Assembly (NCBI GenBank): GCA_963775425.1
Contig: CAVZJB010000006.1
Coordinates: 32,001-96,000, forward strand
Reading direction: 5' to 3'
DNA: 64,000 bases
Origin: an uncultured delta proteobacterium
GTDB taxonomy: Bacteria; Myxococcota; UBA727; VGSZ01
Shown here: piece after piece, positions 21,265 through 29,599 of the stretch
Layout of the letters: each line of letters starts with the position of its first letter
Position numbering within the stretch: position 1 is the first letter of the stretch
The notes under the pieces: model-generated
Told to the model about the DNA's origin: nothing
Seen by the model: the letters and a program-made list of their open reading frames with translations, nothing else
Databases searched by the model: none
Position numbers and translations under genes: made by a program

Positions 21265-22470
21265 ATGGTCACGGCGCAGGACATCCACGACGCCAGGGCG
21301 CGGCTCGGCGACTCCATCAAGGTCACGCCGATGTTCGCGTCGGCCGCGCTCTCCGACGCCACCGGTGGGCGCGTCTCCCTCAAGCTCGAGAACCTTCAGG
21401 TCACCGGCTCGTTCAAGGCCCGCGGCGCCGGGAACAAGCTCCTCGGCCTCACCCCCGAGGAGCGCCACAGGGGCGTCGTCGCCGCGTCGGCGGGAAACCA
21501 CGCGCAGGGCGTCGCCTACCACGCGCAGCGCCTCGGCATCCCCGCCACCATCGTGATGCCGGTGTTCACCCCGCTCATCAAGGTCACGCGTACGCAGTCC
21601 TACGGGGCCCACGTCGTGCTCTTCGGCGACAACTACGACGAGAGCTTCGACGAGGCGGCGCGGCTCGCTCGAGACAAAGGCTACGTCTACGTCCACGCCT
21701 ACGACGACGACGACGTCATCGCGGGGCAGGGCACGGTGGGCTTCGAGATCGTCGAGCAGATGCCCGACGTCGACGTCGTGCTCATCCCCATCGGCGGCGG
21801 CGGCCTCGCCGCGGGCGCCGCCGTCGCCCTCAAGTCGGCCCGGCCCCAGGTGAAGATCGTGGGCGTCGAGACCGCCGTGCTGCCTTCGATGAAGCGCGCC
21901 ATCGAGGCAGGCGAGCCCGTGCGCCTCCCCGCGGCCCGCACCCTCGCCGAGGGCATCGCCGTGCGGCTCGTCGGTGAGCGCACGCTGCCCCTGTGCAGGG
22001 ACCTCCTCGACGACATCGTCCTCGTCGAGGACGACGAGATCGCCCGCGCCATCCTGCTCCTCCTCGAGCGCGACAAGACCGTCGCCGAGGGCGCCGGCGC
22101 CGCCGGCGTCGCGGCCCTCATCGGCAAGAAGCTCGACGTGCGCGGCAAGAACGTGTGCGTGCTGCTCTGCGGCGGCAACATCGACGTCAACGTGCTCTCG
22201 CGCATCATCGAGCGCGGGCTCGTGGAGACCGGCCGGCTGACGCGCCTCGAGGTGCGCATCCCCGACCGCCCCGGCGCCCTCGCCGAGATGCTCGCCGAGG
22301 TCGCCCGGTGCCGGGCCAACGTCGTCAAGGTCCACCACGAGCGCGCCTTCGTGCGCGGCGGCCTTGGGCAGGTGGGCGTGCAGCTCGTCCTGGAGACCCG
22401 CGGGCCCGCCCACGCCGCGGAGCTCATCGAGGCGCTGCGCGCGCTGGGCCACGTGCCGGAGCCCCTGTAG
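21265..22470 (+). CDS. ilvA: Threonine ammonia-lyase (short form with C-terminal ACT domain)
   Basis: KLENLQVTGSFKARGA, ASAGNHAQGVA, GQGTVG, PIGGGGL, CGGNID, ACT domain DRPGALA. Confidence 0.95.
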   Translation: MVTAQDIHDARARLGDSIKVTPMFASAALSDATGGRVSLKLENLQVTGSFKARGAGNKLLGLTPEERHRGVVAASAGNHAQGVAYHAQRLGIPATIVMPVFTPLIKVTRTQSYGAHVVLFGDNYDESFDEAARLARDKGYVYVHAYDDDDVIAGQGTVGFEIVEQMPDVDVVLIPIGGGGLAAGAAVALKSARPQVKIVGVETAVLPSMKRAIEAGEPVRLPAARTLAEGIAVRLVGERTLPLCRDLLDDIVLVEDDEIARAILLLLERDKTVAEGAGAAGVAALIGKKLDVRGKNVCVLLCGGNIDVNVLSRIIERGLVETGRLTRLEVRIPDRPGALAEMLAEVARCRANVVKVHHERAFVRGGLGQVGVQLVLETRGPAHAAELIEALRALGHVPEPL

Positions 22471-22524
22471 CCGTATGCCCGCACGCGGGCTTGTTTTTTC
22501 CCCTGGGGTCACTAGCGTTCGTCC

Positions 22525-23631
22525 ATGACCCGAACCCTCCTGTTCGCCGCGCCGGCTTTGGCCGCTGCGGCTCTCGCCGTCGCCGGCTGCCAGACCTCCG
22601 AGAAGGCCGCCGCCGTCAGCCCCGTCGCCGCCGCCGGCCACGCCGTCGACTGCAACGGCGCCTCCCTCGCCCTCGCCGACGACGCCGTCGTCGGCAAGCT
22701 CGACGGCAAGGCCATCACCTTCAAGGACCTCGGGGACGAGGCCAAGAACGCGGAGAAGAAGGCGCTGTACGAGTACTGCGACGCCGTCTCCTCGTCGCGC
22801 AACACGGCGCTCGACAACTACGTGACGCAAAAGCTCATCGACAAGGCCGCCGCCGCCGCCGGCAAGGACAGCGACGACTGGATGCGCGCCGAGGTGCAAA
22901 AGCGGGTCCCCACGCCGTCCGATGATCAGATGCGCGCGTTTTACGAGGAGAACAAGCGCGAGGGCATGCCGCCGTTCGAACAGATCGACGACAAGCTGAA
23001 GAGCCAGGTCTCCATGGTCATGCAGCGCGACAAGACCCAGGACGCCATGCGCGACATCCTCGAGAGCTTGAACAAGGGCGTGAACGTCGAGCGCACGCTG
23101 CCCGACGTCCGCTCGCCGCCGCGCGACGTCGACATCACCACCCACACCGCCACCAAGGGCACGGGCAAGGTCAAGGTCGTCGAGTTCGCCGACTTCCAGT
23201 GCCCCTACTGCAGCCGCGCGGCCAAGGAGGTGCACAAGCTCACCGAGAAGTACGGCGACAAGATCGAGTTCGCGTACCGGAACTTCCCGCTGCGCTCCAT
23301 CCATCCGTTCGCGCAGCACGCCGCCGAGGTCGGCCAGTGCGCGTTCGCGCAAGGCAAGTTCTGGGAGATGTCGGACAAGATGTACGGCGACCAGGACAAG
23401 CTCGACGACGACTCGCTGCACGCGGCTGCCAAGGACATCGGCCTCGACGTCGCCAAGCTCGACGCGTGCCTGAGCTCGGGCCAGGGCGCCAAGGAGGTCC
23501 AGGACGACGTGCAGAAGGCCGAGGACCTCGGCGTCGAGGGCACGCCCACCTTCTTCGTCAACGGCCGACAGCACCTGGGTGCTCCCACCGCCGAGGGCTT
23601 GTCCGCGGCCATCGACGCCGAGCTCAAGTGA
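22525..23631 (+). CDS. DsbA/thioredoxin-fold lipoprotein with SurA-like N-terminal helical region
   Basis: Lipobox AVAGC; VEFADFQCPYC, RNFPL, QGKFWEM, GVEGTPTFFVNG. Confidence 0.9.
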   Translation: MTRTLLFAAPALAAAALAVAGCQTSEKAAAVSPVAAAGHAVDCNGASLALADDAVVGKLDGKAITFKDLGDEAKNAEKKALYEYCDAVSSSRNTALDNYVTQKLIDKAAAAAGKDSDDWMRAEVQKRVPTPSDDQMRAFYEENKREGMPPFEQIDDKLKSQVSMVMQRDKTQDAMRDILESLNKGVNVERTLPDVRSPPRDVDITTHTATKGTGKVKVVEFADFQCPYCSRAAKEVHKLTEKYGDKIEFAYRNFPLRSIHPFAQHAAEVGQCAFAQGKFWEMSDKMYGDQDKLDDDSLHAAAKDIGLDVAKLDACLSSGQGAKEVQDDVQKAEDLGVEGTPTFFVNGRQHLGAPTAEGLSAAIDAELK

Positions 23632-23635
23632 GCGG

Positions 23636-25702
23636 ATGAGCGACGCCGGCCGCGCCGCCGACGACGCCTCCGCCGACGCTCCCGTGCGCCGGCGGGTCTC
23701 CCGTCGCCTGGCTTTCATCGCCGGTTGCGCCGCGCTGTTCATCGGGGCGCTCGCGTTCGTGCTCCTCGCGCCGCTCGAGAAGGCCACGGTGGAGCGCGTG
23801 GCCTCCGAGCAGATCGGCCTGCTCGCCGAGGGCGTCGCCGCGACGTACCAGGTCACCCAAGCGCCGGCGTCGACGGCGCCGGGCGACGATGTGACGAACC
23901 AGGAGGAGCCGCACGCCGAGCGCGAGCGCAAGGACGCCGGACATCGGGCCGCCGAGATCCTCGAGCAGCTCAAGCACGCCGAGAGCGTCGCCTGGATCGA
24001 CGTGCTCGACCACGACGGCGTCGTCCGCCAGACCACGCAGCCCGATCACCTCGGGCAGAAGCGCCCCGTGCCCCAGACGCTGCGGAGCGCGTCGCTCGTC
24101 CACGACGAGCTCGTCGTCAGCTACGCCATGCCCTTCACCCGGGCCTGCGTGCGCTGTCACGAGGCCAAGGACGATCCGCTCGGCGTGGTGCAGGTCGCGG
24201 TCAACCGCGACGTCGCCTTCCGGAGCCTCCAGCGCTTCCACCTGTTCTACGCGGCGGCGGTCTTCTTCGCGTTCGCCGTCCTCGTCGTCCTCGTCGCCGT
24301 CATCGCCAACCGCATGGTGGCCCGGCCCGTGTTCAAGCTCGCGCGGCTGATGAAGAAGGCGGAGCACGGCGACTTCCTCGTGCGCGCGCGCGTCGAGGGC
24401 GACGACGAGCTCGGCCAGCTCGCGCGCGCCTTCAACTCCATGCTGCGGGCCATCACCACGTTGAAGGCGAGCGAGATCGAGCGCGAGCTTGCGCTCAAGA
24501 GCGCCGAGGCGGAGCTGACGATGAAGTCGCAGCTCCAGGACGTCGCCGAGAGGCTCCAGCAATCGAACGCGGCGTTGCAGCGGCGCGTGCAGGCCCAGGG
24601 CCTCCTGATGGAGGCCGCGCACCGCCTGGGCAGCACCCTCGACAAGAGCGCCCTCGTCGAGCGCCTCGCGCGCGTGGTCGCCGACAACCTCGGCCGCCCG
24701 GACTTCGCCGTGTACCTCGTGAAGGAAGACGAGGACGGCGAGGCCGTGCTCGAGGTGCAAAACGCCGCCGGCGCCCTCGACGTCGCCGAGGTGCGGGCCG
24801 CGCGCTTCAAGGTCGGCGACGGCGTCGCGGGCCTCGTCGCCGACACCGGCGCCCCCGTCCTCGTCGGCGACCTCACGGACCCGCCGCCGAACCTGGTGCG
24901 CCTGCGGGAGCACAAGGAGCCGTTTCCGCGCGAGGGCTCGCTGCTCGTGGTCCCCATGCTGCACAAGGGGCGCGTGGTGGGCGTGCTCGCGTTCTATGCG
25001 CCGACGGCCAAGGCGTTCGACGCCGACGACACCGCGCTGTTGCAGGCGCTCGGGGCGCAGGCGGCCATGGCCGTGGTGAACGCCGACCTCTACCAGACCA
25101 CCCTCGAGCTCTCGGTCACCGACACGCTCACCGAGCTCATGAACCGGCGCGCGCTGAACCGCATCCTCGACGCGGAGCTCGTCCGGGCGCAGCGCTTCGG
25201 GACGCCGCTCGTGGTGCTCATGCTCGATGTCGATCACTTCAAGCAATACAACGATCGCATGGGCCACCTCCTCGGCGACGAGGCGCTGCGGGCGGTGGCG
25301 TTCGCGCTGGCGTCGTCGGTGCGCAAGGTGGACGCGGTGGCGCGCTTCGGCGGCGAGGAGTTCTGCGTGGTGCTCCCGCGCACCGAAGAGCAGTCGGGGC
25401 TCGACGTCGCCGACAAGCTGCTCAAGGCCGTGCGCGCCCTGACCGTGCCGGGGGCGGACAACCAGCCCCTTGGCTGCATGAGCATCAGCGTGGGCGTGGC
25501 TGTGTACCCGGTGGACATGCCCCCGGCAATCGACGGCTCCCCCGTCGACGTCATCCTCGACGCCGCCGACAAGGCCGCCTACGAGGCCAAGCGCCGCGGC
25601 CGAAACCGCGTGGTGACGGCCGGGGACGTCTCGGGGCGGCCGCGCAAGCCCAAGCTGGACGAGCCGGCGCTCGGCGAAAAGACGACCAAGCTCCTGTCGT
25701 GA
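23636..25702 (+). CDS. Membrane diguanylate cyclase: periplasmic CxxCH sensor + HAMP + GAF + GGDEF
   Basis: Two TMs flanking CVRCH; HAMP DDELGQLARAFNSM; GAF; DVDHFKQYND, RKVD I-site, ARFGGEEF. Confidence 0.92.
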   Translation: MSDAGRAADDASADAPVRRRVSRRLAFIAGCAALFIGALAFVLLAPLEKATVERVASEQIGLLAEGVAATYQVTQAPASTAPGDDVTNQEEPHAERERKDAGHRAAEILEQLKHAESVAWIDVLDHDGVVRQTTQPDHLGQKRPVPQTLRSASLVHDELVVSYAMPFTRACVRCHEAKDDPLGVVQVAVNRDVAFRSLQRFHLFYAAAVFFAFAVLVVLVAVIANRMVARPVFKLARLMKKAEHGDFLVRARVEGDDELGQLARAFNSMLRAITTLKASEIERELALKSAEAELTMKSQLQDVAERLQQSNAALQRRVQAQGLLMEAAHRLGSTLDKSALVERLARVVADNLGRPDFAVYLVKEDEDGEAVLEVQNAAGALDVAEVRAARFKVGDGVAGLVADTGAPVLVGDLTDPPPNLVRLREHKEPFPREGSLLVVPMLHKGRVVGVLAFYAPTAKAFDADDTALLQALGAQAAMAVVNADLYQTTLELSVTDTLTELMNRRALNRILDAELVRAQRFGTPLVVLMLDVDHFKQYNDRMGHLLGDEALRAVAFALASSVRKVDAVARFGGEEFCVVLPRTEEQSGLDVADKLLKAVRALTVPGADNQPLGCMSISVGVAVYPVDMPPAIDGSPVDVILDAADKAAYEAKRRGRNRVVTAGDVSGRPRKPKLDEPALGEKTTKLLS

Positions 25703-25711
25703 CGTTTCGAG

Positions 25712-25889
25712 GCGTAGGGCGGGGGCTTGTCCCCCGCTTGCACGCGCCCTTGGCTCCGCTCTGGCCGGCACGAGGGACGCACGAGGCTGCCTCGCTCAAC
25801 CGGGGCAAGCCGGGAGCGAAAGCGTAGGGCGGGGGCTTGTCCCCCGCTTGCACGCGCCCTGGCTCCGCTCTGGCCGGCACGAGGGACGC
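25712..25889 (+). repeat. Two direct copies (69 and 68 bp) of a GTAG-type REP-like repeat separated by a 41-bp spacer
   Basis: GCGTAGGGCGGGGGCTTGTCCCCCGCTTGCACGCGCCCT(T)GGCTCCGCTCTGGCCGGCACGAGGGACGC at 25712-25780 and 25822-25889; degenerate cores near 25896 and 26080. Confidence 0.9.
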
Positions 25890-26131
25890 CTCGAAGCGTA
25901 GGCGGGCTTGACCGCCTCGGCGGCACGAAGACCCGCGCCAGGTCCGCGCCACGCCGTCACAACGCCACCACGGCCCGGCCGGGCGCACCAGCGCCGCGCC
26001 GTCAGAACGCCACGCCGGCCCGGGGCGCGGGGCCGCACCGTTCCGCGTCGGCGCCCGCTGACGGGCGCGGCAGCCCGCCGGGGGCTTGTTCCCCCGCGTC
26101 GGAACGACCCGGCGCCGTGACGTCCGCTCCG

Positions 26132-26171
26132 GTCCTCGTGTCCTCGTGTCCTCGTGTCCTCGTGTCCTCGT
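26132..26171. repeat. 8-bp tandem repeat (GTCCTCGT)x5
   Basis: Five perfect copies read directly, downstream of the four-helix-bundle gene. Confidence 0.95.
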
Positions 26172-26268
26172 TCTGGTCGGGCGTTCGGTCTCTCCCGCAG
26201 CTCTCCCATCGCCGCTCCCGGATCGATCGCGCGGCGAAGCTCCGAAGAGCTCCGCCGCCCAGCGGCCA

Positions 26269-26566
26269 TCAGCGGTACAGCCGCAGCATCGCGCACAGGT
26301 GATTGCAGTGCTCCTTGATGGCCGCCTGCTGCTCAGGCGCGATGACGCCGAAGTCCTCGGCGACGTCCGCGATGGCGCTGACCTCGGCGGCGCTCCCGGA
26401 AGCAATGCGGAAGTAGCGCGCGCCCTCGCAGAAGCTCAAGGTCACCGACGACGAAGCGCGGCGAAGCTGGTCCTTCAGGTTGCTGAACGGCATGCGCCGG
26501 ATGAGCGAGGCAGCCTCGCGGTTGAGCGCGCGCGAGGTGACGTAGATGCGGGAGGCTCGTGCTCAT
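26269..26566 (-). pseudogene. Four helix bundle protein (23S rRNA IVP/bAvd-like), frameshifted near the start and internally shortened
   Basis: RIYVTSRALNREAASLIRRMPFSNLKDQLRRASSSVTLSFCEGARYFRIASGSAAEV; ATG 26566 is out of frame with this body; the usual short segment between EG and RYF appears to be missing. Confidence 0.75.
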
Positions 26567-26619
26567 GGCCTGATCTCGCAGAAAGCACGAAGCGCTTGAG
26601 GGCCCCACGTCGGTCCGTC

Positions 26620-26738
26620 CCGGCCAGAGCGGAGCCAAGGGCGCGTGGAAGCGGGGGACAAGCCCCCGCCCTGCGCTTCGCGGCGTCCCTCCCGGCCAGA
26701 GCGGAGCCAGGGCGCGTGGAAGCGGGGGACAAGCCCCC
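26620..26738 (-). repeat. Two inverted copies of the same REP-like repeat
   Basis: CCGGCCAGAGCGGAGCCA(A)GGGCGCGTGGAAGCGGGGGACAAGCCCCC at 26620-26676 and 26683-26738, the reverse complement of the 25712 unit with few mismatches. Confidence 0.9.
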
Positions 26739-26903
26739 AAAAAGGGGGAGCGGCGGCGGAGCCGGCCGCCGCAGTCCGCTTCGGGCCGCGCCACCCTGGC
26801 CCGACCCGATGCTCGCGGCCCCGCGCGAAGCGCGCAACGCATACAGCCTGCGCGGGCGCTCGATTGCGCTACAGTGTCTTTGTCCCCTGGAGAACGTCCT
26901 CGC

Positions 26904-27764
26904 ATGGATCCCGTGATCGCGGTGGTGATGGTCGTGGTGGCAGGCACGGTCGCCGTGTACGGGCCCATCGCGGCAGGCAGTTGGTTGATGCGCAAGGGCA
27001 AGCTGCGCGAGGCCTGGCGCGTGGAGCCCAACCAATTGCCGCCGCGCAAGCGGATGCAGTTCGCGCGCTTGCTCTTCCAGGAGGCCGTGCGCGCGCACCA
27101 GGCGGGCGATCACAACCGCGCGGCCGAGACCTGCCGCCGCGTGCTGCGCTTCGAGAGCGACGACCCGCAGGCCTCGCGCCTGCTCGTCGCCAGCCTCTTC
27201 GCCGGCGGCCGCTTCGACGAGGCGCGCGACGCCCTGGAGCGGCACCTGCAAGCCAACCCCGCCGACGAGGCGGCCAAGCTCGTGCCCGCCGCCATCTACT
27301 GCGAGAAGGGCGACCTCGTCAGCGCGCGCGAGGCCCTGGACGCCATCGACCCGCAGAAGCTCCCCACCGCCGACCGCGCGTTGTGGTTCAACAACTACGC
27401 GTTCACGTTGTCGGGGCTCAAGATCGACCTCGACCTCGCCAAGGAGTACGGCGAGAAGGCCCTGCAGCTCGCGTCGCAGGCGGACCGGCAGTTCGCGCTG
27501 CGCACCCTCGGCGTCGTCCACCTCGCGAGGAAGGAGCCCGAGATGGCCATCGAGCGCCTCGACACGGCGCTGCGCGAGCGGCAGCACCTGCGGCCCGGCG
27601 ACATCGAGTTCACCCGCTACCACCTCGCGCGCGCCTACATCGACCTCGGCAAGGACCGCGAGGCGCGCAGCCAGCTCGCGCTCATCGAGAGCGGGAAGAC
27701 GCTGTACGCCGACAAGGCGCGCAAGCTGATGCGCGAGCTCTCCGTCGGCCAGGCGGCCGCGTAG
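26904..27764 (+). CDS. Membrane-anchored tetratricopeptide-repeat protein
   Basis: N-terminal TM; TPR-like helices (NNYAFTL, RTLGVVHL, YHLARAYIDLG). Confidence 0.85.
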   Translation: MDPVIAVVMVVVAGTVAVYGPIAAGSWLMRKGKLREAWRVEPNQLPPRKRMQFARLLFQEAVRAHQAGDHNRAAETCRRVLRFESDDPQASRLLVASLFAGGRFDEARDALERHLQANPADEAAKLVPAAIYCEKGDLVSAREALDAIDPQKLPTADRALWFNNYAFTLSGLKIDLDLAKEYGEKALQLASQADRQFALRTLGVVHLARKEPEMAIERLDTALRERQHLRPGDIEFTRYHLARAYIDLGKDREARSQLALIESGKTLYADKARKLMRELSVGQAAA

Positions 27765-27770
27765 CTCGGG

Positions 27771-28236
27771 TCACGGGCGCAGCGACGTGATGCGCGCCCG
27801 GCATCGCAGGGTCAGCCGGGCGCGGCGTGGCACGTCTTCGCCGGCGGCGTACCAGGTGATGTCGTCGTCGAGGGCCAGTTGCGCGTGCTCGTCGTCGACG
27901 CTCTCGACGGCGAGCTGCAACGTGTGCTCGGGCGCGAGATCGTCGCCGTAGGTGAGGTACCCATCTTTGCCGTCGAGGAAGAACGTGGCCTCGTCTCCCT
28001 CGACGTCAGGCATCACGGCGAGCCGCCTGCCCACGAGAATCGCTCGCGTGTCTCGGCGCAGGTGTCACCGTGCCGTGCACCTCAATCCCGTAGAGCGCGA
28101 GCCCCGGTGGCCCGTGCGACTCCGTGGTCTTACCGACGAGCTCGAAGCCGGCCGTGGCCGAAGCGCAACGAAAGAACCCGAGCTCGAGGTCGGAGAGCGT
28201 CCACTGGTGCGTCCCGATGGTGAGCGTCCCGCGCAT
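27771..28236 (-). pseudogene. Hypothetical protein split by an apparent 1-nt frameshift near 28040
   Basis: MRGTLTIGTHQW...HASD continues as LVGRRLAVMPDVEGDE...ITSLRP if one base is removed. Confidence 0.5.
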
Positions 28237-28293
28237 GGGCGGAGCCTACGCTGCCTACGCGCCGAGCCGTCGGACGGATCGCGCCATGCGCAG

Positions 28294-29466
28294 TCAAAGG
28301 CGCGTCGCGCGACGACGGAACCAGAGCGCGCCGAGCAGCAGCGCCAGCGACGCCGTCGACGACGGGGCGGCGCCGCAGGCGGCGGTGATGCTCGTGACAG
28401 AGAAGCGCTCGCCTTCGATGGAGGCGGCGGCCTGCTGGCCGGCGAGGCGCGCGACGACGTCGTGCGGCGGCGGCAGCTCCCGCGGGTTCGGCGGCGGCGG
28501 CGCGACGTCGAACTGGAGCACGTCGCCTTGACGCGGCGGCTGGGGGTCGAGATCGCTGGCCGTGTCGACGAGGACGGCGCCGTCGACGCTCCACGTCACG
28601 GGCGCGCCGAAGACCGGCTCCGTCCCCAGGAGCACGTGCGCCACCACCGAACCGGTGCCGTCGACCGCGTCGCCCTCGTCCAGCACGAGGTCCGTCACCT
28701 CGTCCTCCGCCACCGGCACCACGTGCACGCTCAGCTCCGCCGAGCCCGCGGCGAGCGTGACGTCGGTGGGCGCGTCGCCGCCCGGGCCCGTGCCGCCCGG
28801 CGCGAGCGCGAGCTCCACCGCGTTCCTCACGGCGTCGCAGGTGTCGGCGGCGCAACCGACGCCGCTCCTCGTCGACAGCAGCGCGTCGGCGGCCGCCGTG
28901 GCGGTCACCGCCTGCAGGCCGACAATCTCGTGGTGGTCGCGCTCGAGCGTGGTGCGGAACGCCGCCTTGCTTTCCTCGACGATGCGCACGTTCGCGAGGT
29001 CCACGGCGGGCAGCTCGATCTGCGGCGTGTCCGGCGCCGTCACCGACAGCGTCATGGCGTCGGCGTCGACGACGGTGAGCGCGCGCGTGGCGAGGGCGCC
29101 GCCGTCCTTGGTCGTGAAGGTGAGCGTGCCGTCGCCGGCGTCGCCGGTGAGCACCGCGAACGAGAGCACGCCGTCCTTGCGCTCGACGTCGGTGTCGGGA
29201 TCGATGCGGAGCGCGCCGTCCGCCGCGGGGTCGGCGATGGCGTCGACGCCCGAAAAGGCGCTGGTGGACCGCACGCGCAGCGGGACCTGCGCGTGCGAGG
29301 CGTACGTGTGCAGCGCGTCGGCCGTGGGCGCGTCGTCGGGCTGAAAGACGTCGTAGACGACGACGGGGTCGCCGCAGCCGGCGCCCGCGGCGACGGCGCA
29401 CACCGCGGCGAGCGCGCGTGCCGCCGACGGGGCGCGGACGGGAGCGCGGCGGCGCTCGGTGGGCAT
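28294..29466 (-). CDS. Surface protein with lipoprotein-like N-terminus and MYXO-CTERM-like C-terminal tail
   Basis: Strong RBS AGGAGG; AVAAGAGC; beta-rich body; tail ACGAAPSSTASLALLLGALWFRRR. Confidence 0.75.
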   Translation of the reverse strand: MPTERRRAPVRAPSAARALAAVCAVAAGAGCGDPVVVYDVFQPDDAPTADALHTYASHAQVPLRVRSTSAFSGVDAIADPAADGALRIDPDTDVERKDGVLSFAVLTGDAGDGTLTFTTKDGGALATRALTVVDADAMTLSVTAPDTPQIELPAVDLANVRIVEESKAAFRTTLERDHHEIVGLQAVTATAAADALLSTRSGVGCAADTCDAVRNAVELALAPGGTGPGGDAPTDVTLAAGSAELSVHVVPVAEDEVTDLVLDEGDAVDGTGSVVAHVLLGTEPVFGAPVTWSVDGAVLVDTASDLDPQPPRQGDVLQFDVAPPPPNPRELPPPHDVVARLAGQQAAASIEGERFSVTSITAACGAAPSSTASLALLLGALWFRRRATRL

Positions 29467-29599
29467 GGCTCTCCTCCTGGTTTGGCTATAAGGGCGCATG
29501 GTCTCCGGCTCCTCGATTCTCCCAGAAACAGACACGCCCGGCGCGGGCGGGCGCAGCGCCGTGTCGCCTCCGGCCTTCAGCATCGCACGGGCCGGGAGG

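Noticed and set aside
25712-25889. Canonical CRISPR array
   Set aside because: Repeats are about 69 bp, there are only two good direct copies, inverted copies occur nearby and there are no cas genes; it fits a REP-like element better
26269-26566. Diversity-generating retroelement (Avd-like gene plus a near-identical repeat pair)
   Set aside because: No RT gene; the 31-nt match is inverted and short, and one of its three mismatches is not at an adenine
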